Shown piece by piece: positions 1-13,423 of a DNA stretch of 64,000 nucleotides (position 1 is its first letter; every line of letters starts with the position of its first letter). Origin of the DNA: Mobula hypostoma. Taxonomy: Eukaryota. Made by a program: the position numbers and the translations under genes. The notes under the pieces are model-generated. The model had not been told where the DNA came from. It did no database searches and saw nothing but the letters and a program-made list of their open reading frames with translations. The stretch spans positions 7,566,001-7,630,000 of the forward strand of contig NC_086101.1 in assembly GCF_963921235.1 (NCBI RefSeq), given 5' to 3'.

Positions 1-864
1 GGTTGGGTGAGTGGGCAAACTCATGGCAGATGCAATTTAATGTGGATAAATGTGAAGTTATCCACTTTGGTGGCAAAAATAGGAAAACAGATTATTATCT
101 GAATGGTGGCCGATTAGGAAAAGGGGAGGTGCAACGAGACCTGGGTGTCATTATACACCAGTCATTGAAAGTGGGCATGCAGGTACAGCAGGCGGTGAAA
201 AAGGCGAACGGTATGCTGGCATTTATAGCGAGAGGATTCGAGTACAGGAGCAGGGAGGTACTACTGCAGTTGTACAAGGCCTTGGTGAGACCACACCTGG
301 AGTATTGTGTGCAGTTTTGGTCCCCTAATCTGAGGAAAGACATCCTTGCCATAGAGGGAGTACAAAGAAGGTTCACCAGATTGATTCCTGGGATGGCAGG
401 TCTTTCATATGAAGAAAGACTGGATGAACTGGGCTTGTACTCGTTGGAATTTAGAAGATTGAGGGGGGATCTGATTGAAACGTATAAGATCCTAAAGGGA
501 TTGGACAGGCTAGATGCGGGAAGATTGTTCCCGATGTTGGGGAGGTCTAGAACGAGGGGTCACAGTTTGAGGATAGAGGGGAAGCCTTTTAGGACCGAGG
601 TTAGGAAAAACTTCTTCACACAGAGAGTGGTGAATCTGTGGAATTCTCTGCCACAGCAAACTGTTGAGGCCAGTTCATTAGCTATGTTTAAAAGGAAGTT
701 AGATATGGCCCTTGTGGCTACAGGGGTCACGGGGTATGGAGGGAAGGCTGGGTTCTGAGTTGGATGATCAGCCATGATCATAATAAATGGCGGTGCAGGC
801 TCGAAGGGCCGAATGGCCTACTCCTGCACCTATTTTCTATGTTTCTATGTTTCTATGTTTCTAT
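1..864 (+). mobile_element. CR1 LINE 3' part (ORF2 C-terminus, 3' UTR and tail), young copy running off the window edge
   Basis: ORF 3..758 carries CR1 motifs LVRPHLEYCVQFWSP, RRLRGDLIE and FFTQRVVNLWNSLP. Tail is (TTTCTATG)x3. Confidence 0.95.
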
Positions 865-1454
865 CACCCCTCAACCATCAGGCTGTCGAAGGGGATAACT
901 TCACTCAACTTCACTTGTCCTGTCATTGAAATGTTCCCACAACCTATGAACTCATTTTCAAGGACTTTTCATCTCATGTTCTCTATATTTATTGCTTATT
1001 TATTTATTTATTTATTTATTATTATTATTATTATTTCTTTATTTTTATACTTGCATACTCTGTTGTCCTTTGCATGCTTTTTGAACCTTGATCCTATTAT
1101 GGTTATAATTCTATTTTAAATTTATTGAGTATGCTCGCAAGAAAGTGACTCTCAGTGTTATATATTGTGACATATAAGTAATTTGATAATAAACTTACTT
1201 TGAACTTTGAATGAACAGGCGACATTTCGGGCCGAGCCCTTTCATCAGAATAAGCTGCTCATCGGCAAAATTTATACAAGAGAAGAAAATGTAATTTTCA
1301 ACGCGACACTGCCATCAACTGGAGAACCGAGGTACTGCAGCATTCCGCGCGTTAAAGTTGTAAATAGTGTATACAATATTTTAGTCATGCCATTATAGGA
1401 AGGATGTGGAGGCTTTGGAAAGGGTGCATACAAGGTTTACCAAGATGTTCCAAA

Positions 1455-1955
1455 CACAAGATACTCTGCAGTTGCTGAAAATCTTGAGCTACAAATAGAA
1501 AATGCTGGAGGAACTCAACAGATCGGGTGGCAGCAATGGAGGGGAATAACCAGTTGACGCTTTGCACAGAGTCTCTTCATCAAGACTGGAAAGGGGAGAG
1601 GCACAAGCTGGCAGGAGATCGGTGAGACCAGGAGAGGGGAAGATCGGTGAATGAGGGAGGGGGTTGAATTAAGAAACTGGGGGGGGGTGACGGAAGAGGT
1701 AAACAGCTGAAAAAGAAAGAATCTGATAAGTGAGGAGAGTGGACAATGGGAGAACGGGAAGGTGGAGGGGCACCAGAGGGAGGCGATTGGCAGGTCAGAA
1801 GAGAAGTGGTGAGAGGGGAACCGGAATGAAAAAAATGGAAAAAGAGAGATGGAGGGAGAGAGAGAAATTAGTAGAATTTAGAGAAATCAATATCCATGCT
1901 ATCAGGTTGTAAGCTGCCCAGACGAAATAGGCTTCTCCAACCTGAGTGTGGTCAA
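1455..1955 (-). mobile_element. Penelope-like element 3'/pLTR fragment (decayed)
   Basis: Similar to the terminal region of the element at 56.07-56.6 kb (aaatgctggaggaactca..., purine-rich tract, catcaggttg...). Confidence 0.7.
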
Positions 1956-3045
1956 AGGACTGAATGTGGCTTGGATTGGGGGAATGGGCAAAGAAGGGGC
2001 AGATGGAATATAAAGTAGGGAAGCACATGGTCATGCACTTTGGCAGAATGAACAAAGACTTGGACTAATTTGTAAATGGAGAGAAAATTCAAAAATCCAA
2101 ACTGCCAACGAACTTGAGAGTCCTCGTGCAGGATTCCCCAAAGTTATCTTGCAGGTTGAGTTAGATTAGGTTAGATTATGAGGACACGCAGTCCTCTTTT
2201 ATTGTCATTTAATAATGCGTGCATTAAGAAATAATACAATGTTTCTCCAAAATGATATCACAGAAACACATGACAAACCGACTGAAAAACTGACAAAAAC
2301 CACATAATTATAACATATAGTTACAACAGTGCAAAGCAATACCGTAATTTGATAAAGAACAGACCATGGGCATGGTAAAAAGTCTCAAAGTCTCTCGAAA
2401 GTCCCATCATCTCACGCAGATGGTGAACCTCCAGCGCTGCAAACCTGCCGATGCAGCATCCTGGAAGCATCCAACCACAGTCCGACTCCGAGTCTGTCCG
2501 AAAACTCCGAGCCTCCGACCAGCCCTCTGACACCGAGCACCATCTCTGCCGAGCGCTTCGACCTTGGCCCCGGCAAAGCCGAGGATTTGGGGCCTTCCCC
2601 TCCGGAGATTCTCGATCGCACAGTGGCAGCGGCAACGAAGCGGGCATTTCAGAAGTTTCTCCAGGTGTTCCTTCGTGCTTCTCACAGCCGTCTCCATCAA
2701 ATCAGGATTGTGCACGGTCCCCTAGTTAACACATATCGATATCATTCGGAACAGCCGCGCGCCATCTTCTCCTCCCTCCTCAAGTAGGTAGTGAGGAAGG
2801 CAAATGCAATGTAAGCATTCATGTCAAGATGACTAGAATATAAGAGCAAAGATGTGATGCTGAGGCTTTATAAGGCATTGGTCAGAACATGCTTGGAGTA
2901 TTATGAGCAGGTTTGGGCCCCTTATCTTAGAAAGGATGTGTTGAAACTGGAGAGGTTTCAAAGAGATTCCAGGATTGAATGTCCTGTCTTACGAAGAGCA
3001 TTTGATGGCTCTGGGCCTGTATTCACTGGAATTCAAAAGAATGAG
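1955..3045 (+). mobile_element. Decayed CR1 ORF2 fragment interrupted by an insertion at 2161-2781
   Basis: Motifs GKHMVMHFG and LRLYKALVRTCLEY. The CR1 text caggttgagt...gtagtgaggaaggcaaatgc resumes after the insert. Confidence 0.8.
2161..2781 (-). mobile_element. Non-autonomous retroposon (~620 bp), GC/CpG-rich 5' half, (TCTAA)-like tail
   Basis: Splits a CR1. On the minus strand it begins gaggagggaggagAAGATGGCG and ends ...caataaaagagg...cataatctaacctaatctaa. Confidence 0.65.
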
Positions 3046-3435
3046 CCCCCCATCTAAGAAAGGATGTGCTGGCATAGAAGATGATCCAGAGAATCTGTCG
3101 TGTAATGACTTTGAGATGATACCAGTTTATTATTATTATTATTTCTTTTTTAAGTTTCTTTTTGTATTTTCAGTTTGTGTTTTACGCAGAGTTTTTCCAC
3201 TCTGTTGTTGCAGTCTTCCATTGATTCTATTACGAGTATTGGACTTATTGAGTATGTCCCACCTGAAAATGAATTGCAGAGTTGTATATTGTGACATATA
3301 TGTGCCTTCATAATAAATTATACTTTGTATTGTCTGGAGCATCAGACGCTGAGGAGTGACTTAAAATTATAGGAGGTGAGAAATGGTCGACAGTCAGAGT
3401 CTTGCTCCCAGGGTATGTTTGTACATTTTGAGCCA

Positions 3436-4695
3436 CGTCGTATGATGTGGGTGATCAAAGTCTTTCCATGACCATGATTGTTCTTAGCAAATTATTCCAC
3501 AAAAGTCGTTTGCCATTGGCTCCTTCTGTGCAGTGTGTTTACAAGATGGGTGGCCCCAGCCACTATCAGTACTCTTCAGAGATCGTCTGCCTGGCATCAG
3601 TGGTTGCATAATGTGACAAGAATACACATAGATTAAGATGTAGCTGGCCTGGGCTGGTACCAGTGGAATCAGCAGTTGGTCTGCCACCTGTCTTCAGGAG
3701 AGAGAGAGATAAGGAAAACAATAGAGCAGCATTTGGAGATGTTAATGAAGGGACGGGAGAGAGTAACGGAAGGAGAGCTGTCAAGATCGGCTCCCCCTCT
3801 GAACCCTGAACTGTTTGAAGTGATGGACAGGCGATACCCCAGCAGGGGGATAAAAAGGGACAGGTTCGCTAAGGCAGCACACACACGACACCCGAGGTAA
3901 CGAGACCCTGGAAGCGGTGCGCCTCCCACAAGTTGGTGGGAAGTTTTGGACGTCTAGTCGTGGGACAAGCCATAGATGCTCAGTGTGGAAAGGCACGATT
4001 GGCGGGAACCGGGTGTGTGTCCACCCTTGCCTGGGTGCCGGGTTCACCGCAGGGAAACGATCGCATCTGGAAATGGAGGGGTCACGATCGGTGACCTCAG
4101 ATGACATCACAAAGGACTCGCCCGAAAACTGACTGCGAAGGTCTGTGTGGAAGCCGTTTTGAATATTCATTCGTTTTTGCTCTCTCTCTCCTTCCCCCAC
4201 ACTGTCCATCTCCCACGGCAGCGATTACTGCGAACTGAACTGAACTAAATTGAACTGAACTTTGCGTCACTTTGAAACTGGTCATTTACCCCTAGACAAC
4301 GATAGAGCTTGATTGATCCTGTTATCCTAATTCTGTGTACATGTATGTTTATCATTGCTGAACTGTTGCATTCATTATGCTTTTGATTAGAGTACTGTGT
4401 TGCTTGTTTCCTTAATAAAACTTTCTTAGTTCTAGTAATCCAGACTCCAACTGAGTGATCCATTTCTGCTGGTTTGGCAACCCAGCTACGGGGTATGTAA
4501 CAATAACCAGGACGTGGTGTGAGCATTAGCTGCTCATACAACCATCCACCACCTGCTCCCACATGACCCTGATCGGGGGTGAGTGGGGGGGTCTAAACGG
4601 GTGCTACGCCTTGCCCAAGGGTGACCTGCAGACTACTGGAAAGAAGGAATGCCTTTTACTTCCTTTGGTAGAGACATATCTCCACCACACCATCC
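3436..4695 (-). mobile_element. RTE-related short element, split by a solo LTR
   Basis: Minus-strand gaaggagccaatggcaaacgact...catggtcatgg resembles RTE-type 3' ends. The sequence is continuous across the ATAA duplication. Confidence 0.5.
3612..4502 (+). mobile_element. Solo LTR (891 bp) with 4-bp target-site duplication ATAA
   Basis: TGTGAC...GTAACA termini, ATAA at 3608-3611 and 4503-4506, TATA-like GATAAAAA at ~3850, AATAAA at 4414-4419. Confidence 0.85.
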
Positions 4696-4844
4696 AGGGT
4701 AGAAATGTCTAATATTAGAAAATTTGACTTTAAGGTGATGGGGCAAAATCGAAGGTACTTTTTCTTTTTACGCAGAGAGTGGTAGGTGCCTGTAAAGGAC
4801 TGCCAACGGAGGTGGTGAAATTTGACACGATGGTATTGAAGTTA

Positions 4845-6215
4845 CCGTAACTAGAGAGAAGGCGCTTAGGAAACTGAAAGGTCTGAAAGTAGGTAAGTTA
4901 CCTGGGCCATGTGGTGTACACCCCAAAGATCTGAAAGAGATGGCTGAAGAGATTGCGGAGGCATTAGTAATGATCTTTCAAGAATCACTAGACTCTGGAA
5001 TGGTTCTGAAGGCCTGGAAAATTGTAAATGTCACCTCCACTCTTCAAGAAGGGAGAGGGGCCGAAGAAAGGAAACTTTAGGCCAGTTAGTCTGGTCTCAG
5101 TGGTTGGGAAGATGTTGAGTTGATTATTAAGGATGAGGTCTCTGGGTACTTGGAGGTACCTGATAAAATAGGTCATAGTCAACATGTTTTCCTCATGGGA
5201 CATCTTGCCCAACAAATCTGTTGAAATTCTTTGAGGAAGTAACAAGCAGGAAGGACAAAGGAGCAACACACAAAAAAATGCTGTAGGAACTCAACAGGCC
5301 AGGCAGCACCTATGGAAAAGATGCACGAGACATATCAGACCGAGGCCCTTCAAGCAAAGGAGATGTCGTGTACTTGGATTTTCCGAAGAACGTTGATAAG
5401 GTGCCACACATGAGGCTGCTTAACAAGCTGGAAGCCCATGGTATTACAGGAAGGAGTCCAGCATCGATACAGCAGAGGCTGGTTGGCAGGAGGCAAAGAG
5501 TGGGAATAAAGGGAGCCTTTTCTGACTGGCTGCCAGTGATTAATGTTGTTCCACAGGGGTCTGTGTCAGGACTTCTATTGCATTATATGTTAATGATTTA
5601 CGATCGAACTGATGGCTTTGTTGCAAAGTTTGCAGGTGATATGAATGGGTTGACTATTTTCGAAATGGAGAGAAAATACAAAAAACTGAGATGCAAAGGG
5701 ACTTGGGAGTCCTTGTGCAGGATTCCCTAAAGGTTAATTTGCAGATTAAGTCTGTGATGAGGAAGGCAAATGCAATGTTGGTGTTCAATTCAAGAGGACT
5801 AGAATATTAAAGAAAGAATGTAATGTGGGAACTTTATAAAGCACCAGCCTCATCTGAGCAGATTGGGCCCCTTATCTTAGAAAGAAGATGCTGAAGCTGG
5901 AGAGGGTTCAAAGGAAGTTAACGAAAATGATTCCAGGGTTGAATGTCTTGTCTTACAAAGAGTGTTTGATGGCTCTGGGCCCGTATTCACTGAAATTCAG
6001 AAGAATGAGGGGTGACCTCATTGAAACCTATCGAATGGTGAAAGGTCTCGACAGAGTGGTTGTGGGGAGCCTTAGAGTCTAAGACCAGAAGACACAACCT
6101 CAGAATAGAGAAGCGTCCTCTTGGAATGGAGATGAGAAGGAATCTCTTTAGACAGAGTGTGGTGAGTCTGTGGAATTCTTTGCTACGGGCAGCTGTGGAG
6201 GCCAAGTCTTTATAA
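4845..6215 (+). mobile_element. Decayed CR1 ORF2 (RT) fragment containing a small Penelope-derived insert (~5260-5350)
   Basis: Frameshifted motifs YLDF..DKVPH, VPQGSV, AKFAGD, RRMRGDLIE. Confidence 0.85.
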
Positions 6216-9200
6216 GACCATAAGACATGGGAGCAGAATTAGGCTACTCAGCCCATCGAGTCTGCTCTGCCGTTTCATCACGGCTGATCCTGAATCCAAT
6301 TCAACCCCATACACCTGACTTCTTGTCATAACCTTTGATGCAATGACCAATCAGGAGACTATCAATTTTCACTTTAAATATACCACAGTCTTAGCCTCCA
6401 GAGCAATCCCAGATTCACCACTGTCTGGCTAATAAGATTCCTCCTTACCTCTGATTTAGAGGGATACCCCTTTATTTTGAGGCTGCACCCCCTAGTTCTT
6501 GACACCCACCATAGGAAACATTCTCTCCACATCCACCTTATCCAGTGCTTTCAACATTTGGTAGGTTTCAATGAGATTCCCCTGCATTCTTCTAAATTCC
6601 AGTGAGTACAGGCCCAAAGCTGCCAAAAGCTCCTCACGTACAGTATTAACTCCTGGCACCTTATCAAACGCCTTCTGAAAATCAAAGTAAGCGACATCCA
6701 CTGCCTCACCTTTGTCCACCCTGCTTGTTACTTCCTTGAAGAGCTCTAACAGATTTGTGAGGCAAGATTTCCCTTCAAAGAAACCATGCTAACTTTAACT
6801 TATTTTATCATTAGTCTCCAAGTACCCTGAAACCTCATCCTTAATAATAGACTCCAACACTTTCCCAACCACTGAGGTTAGGTTAACTAGCCCATTATTT
6901 CCTTTCTTTTGCCTTCATCTCTTTGAAACAGTGCAGTAACATTTGCAATTTCCCATTTCTCCGGAACCATGCCAGAATCAAGTGATTCTTGAAAGATCAT
7001 GACAAATGCATCTGCTATCTTTCAGCGACCTCTTTCAGGACTGTGGGATGTAGTCCATCTGATCCAGGTGACTTATCCACCTTAAGACCTTTCACTTTGC
7101 CCCATACTTTTTCCTTTGTAGTAGCAATGGCACTCACTCCTGCTGCCTGACACTCACGGACCTCTGGCACATTGCTAGTGTCTTCCACAGTGAAGACTGA
7201 TGCAAAGTACCCATTAAGTTCATCTGTCAGTTCTTCATCCCCCATTACTACCTCACCAGCGTCATCTTCCAGCAGTCCAATATCAACTCTCACCTTCCTT
7301 TTACTCTTTATATAACTGAAAAATCTTTTGGTACCCTGCTTTATAAATGTTGGCTAGTCTGCTCTCAAACTTTATCTTTTCCCCTTCTTATAGTTTTTTA
7401 GTTGACTTTTAAAAGCTTCCCAATCATCCAACTTCCCATTCACTTTTGCTACCTTATATGCCCTTTCCCTGGCTTTTATGCAGTTCTTAACTTCCTTTGT
7501 CAACCACAATTCCCTACACCTGCCATTTGAGAACAACTTCTTCTGTGAGACATATCTATCCTGCACCTTGTGAACTATTTCCAGAAACCTCAGCCATGTC
7601 TGCTCTGCCGTCATCCCTACCAGTATCCTCCTCCAGTCCACCTGAGCAAGCTCCTCTCTCATGCCTCTGTAATTCCCTTTATTCTGTTGTGATAATGATA
7701 GGTGTGAGTTATGCTCCCCGCCCTCAAATTGCAGTATGAATTCAATCATATTATGATCACTGCCTCCTAAGGGTTCCTTTACATTAAGCTCCCTGATAAA
7801 ATCTGAGATATTACACAACATCCAATCTAAGAGAGCCTTTCCCTGAGTAGGCTCAAGCACAAGCTGCTCTAAAAAGCCATCTCATAGGCATTCAACAAAT
7901 TCCCTCTCTTGCGATCCGACACCAACCTGATTTTCCCCATCCCTTTGCATATTGAAGTCCCCCATGACAATTGTATCATTACCCTTATTACCGCTCCCTT
8001 TGCAATCCCAACCCCACAACTTGGCTACTATTTGGAGGCCTATACTCTAAATGATTCCCATGATGGTCTTTTCATCCTCACAGTTGCTTAACTTCACCCA
8101 CAAAGATTCAGCTTTCTCTGACCCTATGTCACCACTTTCTAAAGATGTAAATCCACCTCTTATCAACAGAGCCACGCTATCGATTATGCCTTCCTGCTTG
8201 TCCTTTTGATGCAAAGTATATCCTTTGATATTAAGTTCCCAGCTCCCAACATTCTTTCAGCCACACTCACAACGTCATACCAACCAATCTCTAATTGCAC
8301 CACCTTATTCCAAAAGTTACATGTATTTAAATATAGCACCTTCAGTCTGAATTTTACATCTGCGGTAGAATTTAACTCTTTACTCTGTCTACATTTGTGT
8401 CCAATCATTGGCTTGTCCTTCCTTCCATTCATGTTACACCCATCATCTACTTGTAAACCTGCTGGCTGATCCTCAGCTCTACGATACTGGTTCCCATCCC
8501 CCTGCCACAAACCACTCCCAACAGTTCTAACAAAACTAACCCCAAGGTCGCCCCCGCCCTGGATCCCTTTTGTACAGGTCCCACCTGCCCCAGAAGAGGT
8601 CCCAATTATCCAGAAATCTGTATTGCCCCAATTCTTCAGCCACATATCTATTTGCCAGCTTGTTCTATTCCTATCCTCACTGTCGCATGGCACAGGTAGC
8701 GATCTCAAGATCACTACCTTTGAGGTCCTGCTTCTCAACTTCTTTCCTAACTCCCAGTTTTCTCCTCCCTTTTTCTACCTATGTCGTTGGTACTGATATG
8801 TACCACGACTTCTGCCTGCTCACCCTCCCTTTCCAGGATATTGTGGATGTGTTCAGAAACATTGTGGACCCTGGCAACCAGGAGGCAAACTACCATCCTT
8901 GTTTCTTTTCTATGTCCACAGAATCACCTGTCTGTCCCCCTAACGATAGAGTTCCCTATTACAGCTGCCTTCCTCTTCAGTCCCCTACCCTTCTGAGCCA
9001 CAGGGCCAGACTCAGTGCCAGAGGTGTGGCATGTAGGCCATTCCCCCCAGCAGTACTCAAACAGGAGTACGTATTGGTGAGGGAGACAGCCACAGGGATG
9101 AAGGATGTTCTCCATTATCTGATGTTTTCCGTTCCCTCTCCTGACAGTCACCCATCTATCTGTCTCCTGTAGCCTGGGGGTGACTACCTCCCTGTAGCTC

Positions 9201-9660
9201 CTGTCTGTCACGGACTCACTTTCCATAACAAGCTGAAGGTCAGCGAACTGTAGCTCCAGTTCCCTAACATGGTCTCTAAGGAGCTGCACCTCGATGTACC
9301 TGGTGCAGATGTGGCCATCGGGGAGGCTGGGAGTCTCCTGGAAATCCCACATCCGACACCCAGAACAGAACACTGACCCCTATTCCTTCAAGAGTTAAAT
9401 AAGAAGAAGAAATAAGCACTGAACTTAACTGCTTACCTTGTCTCCGCCTGGTCCCGCCATAGTCTGTTGAGCCGAAGCCTTACCACTCCGACTACTCGGA
9501 TAATGACCATCCCACTGGACAGTACCTCCCTTTTATGGAGATTGGGCTCTTCAAGCTCCATTCCGGACCCGCACGGGCACACTTCTACTGTGTCTGCACT
9601 GCTGTCCAATCAAAGACTCCCGCTAAAAACTGGCTGCTTTTTCAAACTCCGCTCCACACC
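6212..9660 (-). mobile_element. Near-full-length, internally deleted, inactive CR1: 5' UTR, ORF1 (Zn-finger/coiled coil and SGNH esterase), ORF2 (APE endonuclease and partial RT), 3' tail
   Basis: ORF1 CSGCRMW...HICTR and AAVIGNSIVRG. APE motifs VLYLN and LGGSDHN. RT motifs KSPGSDGLHP and DFQKAFDKVP. Tail tcttatggtcttat at ~6212-6225. Confidence 0.9.
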
Positions 9661-10184
9661 TGTGTGGGAACACTTCTGCTGCACTTTCCAGTGAAAGACT
9701 ATGTTTCCTTAGAGCAGAGGTTGACAGATTCTTGTTTAGTCAGGGCATGAGATGGCAGGAGACTGGGGCAGAGAGGAAAATTGGATCAGTCATGATGAAA
9801 TGGCAGAGCAGACTCGATGGGCCAAATGGCATAATTCTGCTCCTGTATCGTATGGTCTTAATGGTTAAGAGGCTTTTAGACAGGCAGATGAACAGACATA
9901 TGGAGCTTGTGCAGGCTGATGAGTGTTGTTTGATTTGGCATCATGTTGTGTCAGGCACAGACACTGTGGGACACAATACTCTGCACTACTGCTCTGGGTC
10001 CTGGGTAAAAAACAATATTTATAGTTTTGCATTTGCATACAGATTGAAAGAGTGCGGTGAAAATTTCAAACTTTCAATGTTTCAAAAGAACATTCATTAT
10101 CAAAGAATGTATAAATTATACAGCCCTGAGATTTGTTTGCTGACAGACACCCACAAAGCAAGAAACCCAAAAGAACTTGATTTT

Positions 10185-11555
10185 GAAGAAGAATCAGAAG
10201 AAGAAGAATATCTTTATTGTCGTTGTTGTGGAGCAATGAAACAGTTTAGCAGCTCAACATTTTGCAGCATGACAAAGAATATATACATAAAATAAACTCT
10301 AAAACCTCAGGAGTGCAGTCCAAAATTAATAATATATGGATTGGGGCGGGGGGGGGGGTAGGACTATTGCACACCTGCCATTCCTGGAAGTGTGATGCAT
10401 TTAGATGCCGCCGTCTTAGGAGGGGGGCAGGAGAAGAGAAGGGGGTGTTATACATTTCACTGCTTGTGGGTAGAAGCTGTTAAGGAGTCTCTTTGTTTTC
10501 GTCCTTAATGCTCTGTATCTCTTCACAGAAGGTAGAGGGGAAAATTGGTGATGTCCAGGATGAGTAGGACCCTTTGAAATACAAGTAGCCTTCTTTTGAA
10601 GTCTGCCAGTATAAATGTCTCTGAGGGAGGGTAATGTTGTACCAATAACCCCCTCTGCTACCCTCACCACCCGCTGCAAGTCTTTCCTGTTCTGTTCTGT
10701 GCAGCTGGCAAACCACACTGCACAGCAATACGTCAGGAGGCTCTCTATAGTTGTCCGATAGAAGTTGATCAGCAGGTGATGAGGGAGGAGAGCGTGCTTT
10801 AGCTTCCTTAGGAAGTAGAGCCTCTGTTGGGCCGTCCCCACCTGATAAAGAGATACGGGCAGTCCGGGTGAGGTCAGCTGAGATGTGGATGCCAAGGAAC
10901 TTGAAACTCTCTACTCTCTCCACCTCTTTCCTGTATATGTGCAGAGCGGAGTGCTCGACGCGCTTTGATTTCCTGAAGTCCACTATCGGCTCCTTGGTTT
11001 TTGTGATGTTCAAGTCCAGGTTATTATGACAACACCATTCTGTCAAATGCTGTACCTCCTCCCTATAGGCTGTATCATCACAGTCTGATATGATACCCAT
11101 TAGGGTGGTATCGTCAGCAAATTTGTCAATGGTGTTGGTGAAGTGAATGGTAGAGCAGTCATGGGTGAAGAGAGAATAGAGAATGGGGCTGAGAACACAC
11201 CCCTGTGGTGTTCCGGTGTTCAGGATAAGAGTAGATGATGTGTGTTCTCCCATCCTGACACTGGGGTCTGTTACTCAGAAAATCCAGTATCCATGAGCAC
11301 AGTGAGCTGCCAAGGCCCAGGTTGCTCAATTTCTGCACCAGTTTGTAGGGGATGACTGTATTGAAAGCTGAGTCCACAAACAGCGTTCTTACATAGGTGT
11401 TATCCTGATCCAGGTTTGTAAGGGCTGTGTGGAGAGCTGTGGTGACTGCATCCTCTGTCGATCTGTTTGCACGATACGCAAACTGGTATTTAGCAAGGTC
11501 AGCAGGCATGGCAGACTTAATATAAGACAGTATGAGTCTCTCAAAACATTTCATG
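10185..11555 (-). mobile_element. Rex1/Babar-type LINE, 5'-truncated and frameshifted
   Basis: Motifs [49 protein letters not shown]. (TTC)n tail at ~10185-10208. Confidence 0.88.
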
Positions 11556-11844
11556 AATAAAACAAAGACCAACACCCAATACGGAGGAGAAAAGGGGAAA
11601 AAAAATACACATACACACAAATTATGCAAACCAATTGAGCCCTTAGATCCAAACCCCAGAGAAGCCTGGAGTAGGCCCAAAGCCTCAGTATCAATTTATG
11701 ATATTAGCTGGCACAGGGCACAGCAGCTGGCACATTCTTCATAGCATCAGTGCCATGGAGAGAGAAGTGAACATCATAGAGAGTGACCAAAATCGGCTCT
11801 CGCCTATGATCCTGGATACCCTGCCTTTCCAGTCAACTTTTAAA

Positions 11845-12905
11845 TTTGCAAGAATGTGGCCAGGACTTGAAGATCTGATTAACAGAGAAAGGTTGACTAG
11901 GTTAGAGCATTATTCCTTGGAGTGTAGGAGAATGAGGGATGGAGGTCTATGAGGGTCTAGACAGGGTAACTGCAAGCAGGCTTTTTCCACAGATGGTTAG
12001 ATGGACTGTAACAAGTGGTCACAGGTAAGATGATGAAAGGTCAAGTACTTAAGAACCTTGGCGGGGTGGGGGAATTCTTCAAGCGGAGTGTGGTGCGCAT
12101 GTGAGGGCGTGAAAGGTTACGGGAAGAATGGGGCTGACAGCCGTGATTGAATGGAGGAGAAAACTCAATGGGCCAAATGGCCTAATTCTTCTCACATATC
12201 CATGGCCTTTCCTACAGTAGTGATAATGATTCAAACCTTATTGTACAGTGCGTGAAGTACTCATAGATGATCAGAACCAGGTTTATTATCACTAATTATG
12301 TCATGAAACTTTTCGTTTGCCAGAAATTACTAGAAATATTATGTTACTTAAAATTACTATAAGCATCAAAATGAATAAAAACTGGCCCAATAATAATCCT
12401 GTGCACTGGAGCCTGCATTCCAGACTGCAATGCAGCAACACGCAGAATATTCTGAGAGTGAGGGCAAGGGGTCAGAGGTCATGGGGCTACACAATGTGTA
12501 TCAGGAGTTAGCAAAGAGAGTGAAGAGCAGGGCCTCCCAGGTAGTAATCTCTGGATTACTCCCAGTGCCATGTACGCGTCAGGGCAGGAATAGGATGACA
12601 GTACAGACGAGTAAGTGGCTGAGGATCTGCTGAAACTGGAGAGGGTTCACAAAAATGATTCCAGGATCGAACGGTCTGTCATATGAAGAGTGTTTGATGG
12701 CTCTGGGTCTGTATTCACTCAAACTCAGAAGAATGAGGGGGTGACCTCATTGAGGCCCGTCAAATATTGACAGATGCTTTCCTACAGTGGGGGTTTCTAG
12801 GATCAGAGGGCACAACCTGAGGATGGAGGGACGTCCCTTTAGAACAGAGATGAGGAGGGATTTCTTTAGCCAGTGGGTGGTGAGTAGGTGAATTCATTGC
12901 CACAA
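11845..12905 (+). mobile_element. Cluster of old CR1 fragments (3' ends and an ORF1 esterase piece)
   Basis: Motifs YSLECRRMR and SRASQVVISGLLPVP, plus CR1 3' UTR gggccaaatggcctaattct. Confidence 0.7.
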
Positions 12906-13328
12906 AGTTCTCACCTCCCCCACCCAGCCACCTGATCTCAGCTGTCACCTTGTACTTGTCCCATCCCCGTCCACAACTGTTTCTGGCTTCTGTCCCTTTC
13001 CTGTCCTATCCTTACGAAGGGTCTCAGCCCAAAATGTCAACTGTTTATTCACTTCCATAGATATTCCTGACTGTTGAATTCCTCCAGCATTTTGTGTGCA
13101 TGCATAATTAAGACACCCTTCATTTGAATTAAGTACAAGTGATTTTTAATTGGAAAACTTTAAAAACACAGCACGTATTTTCAGAAGTGCTCATCTCCCT
13201 GGGCAGGGAGTTACTGAGGAAATCGTCATTCTTTGCCATGATGCACGTACAGTATGTAGTCTTGTCAGGAAGCCACCATAATGCACTGATCTGCGTCGCC
13301 AGGAGCGAGACCAGTGCAGCCTTTACCC

Positions 13329-13423
13329 TCAGGACCCACACTGCTTGACCACAGGTCCGGATTTCGGCAGTGTTGGGAGCAAATCATCATTCTGTGATGT
13401 ATTCGCCAGAACATACTTTGCAC
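13329..13423 (-). CDS. Probable terminal coding exon: (G)AKYVLANTSQNDDLLPTLPKSGPVVKQCGS-stop
   Basis: Acceptor aaactgattcttgcag|GT, phase 1, TGA at 13331-13329. Followed by ~190 nt of unique sequence and ATTAAA (minus strand) at 13150-13145. Confidence 0.65.
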
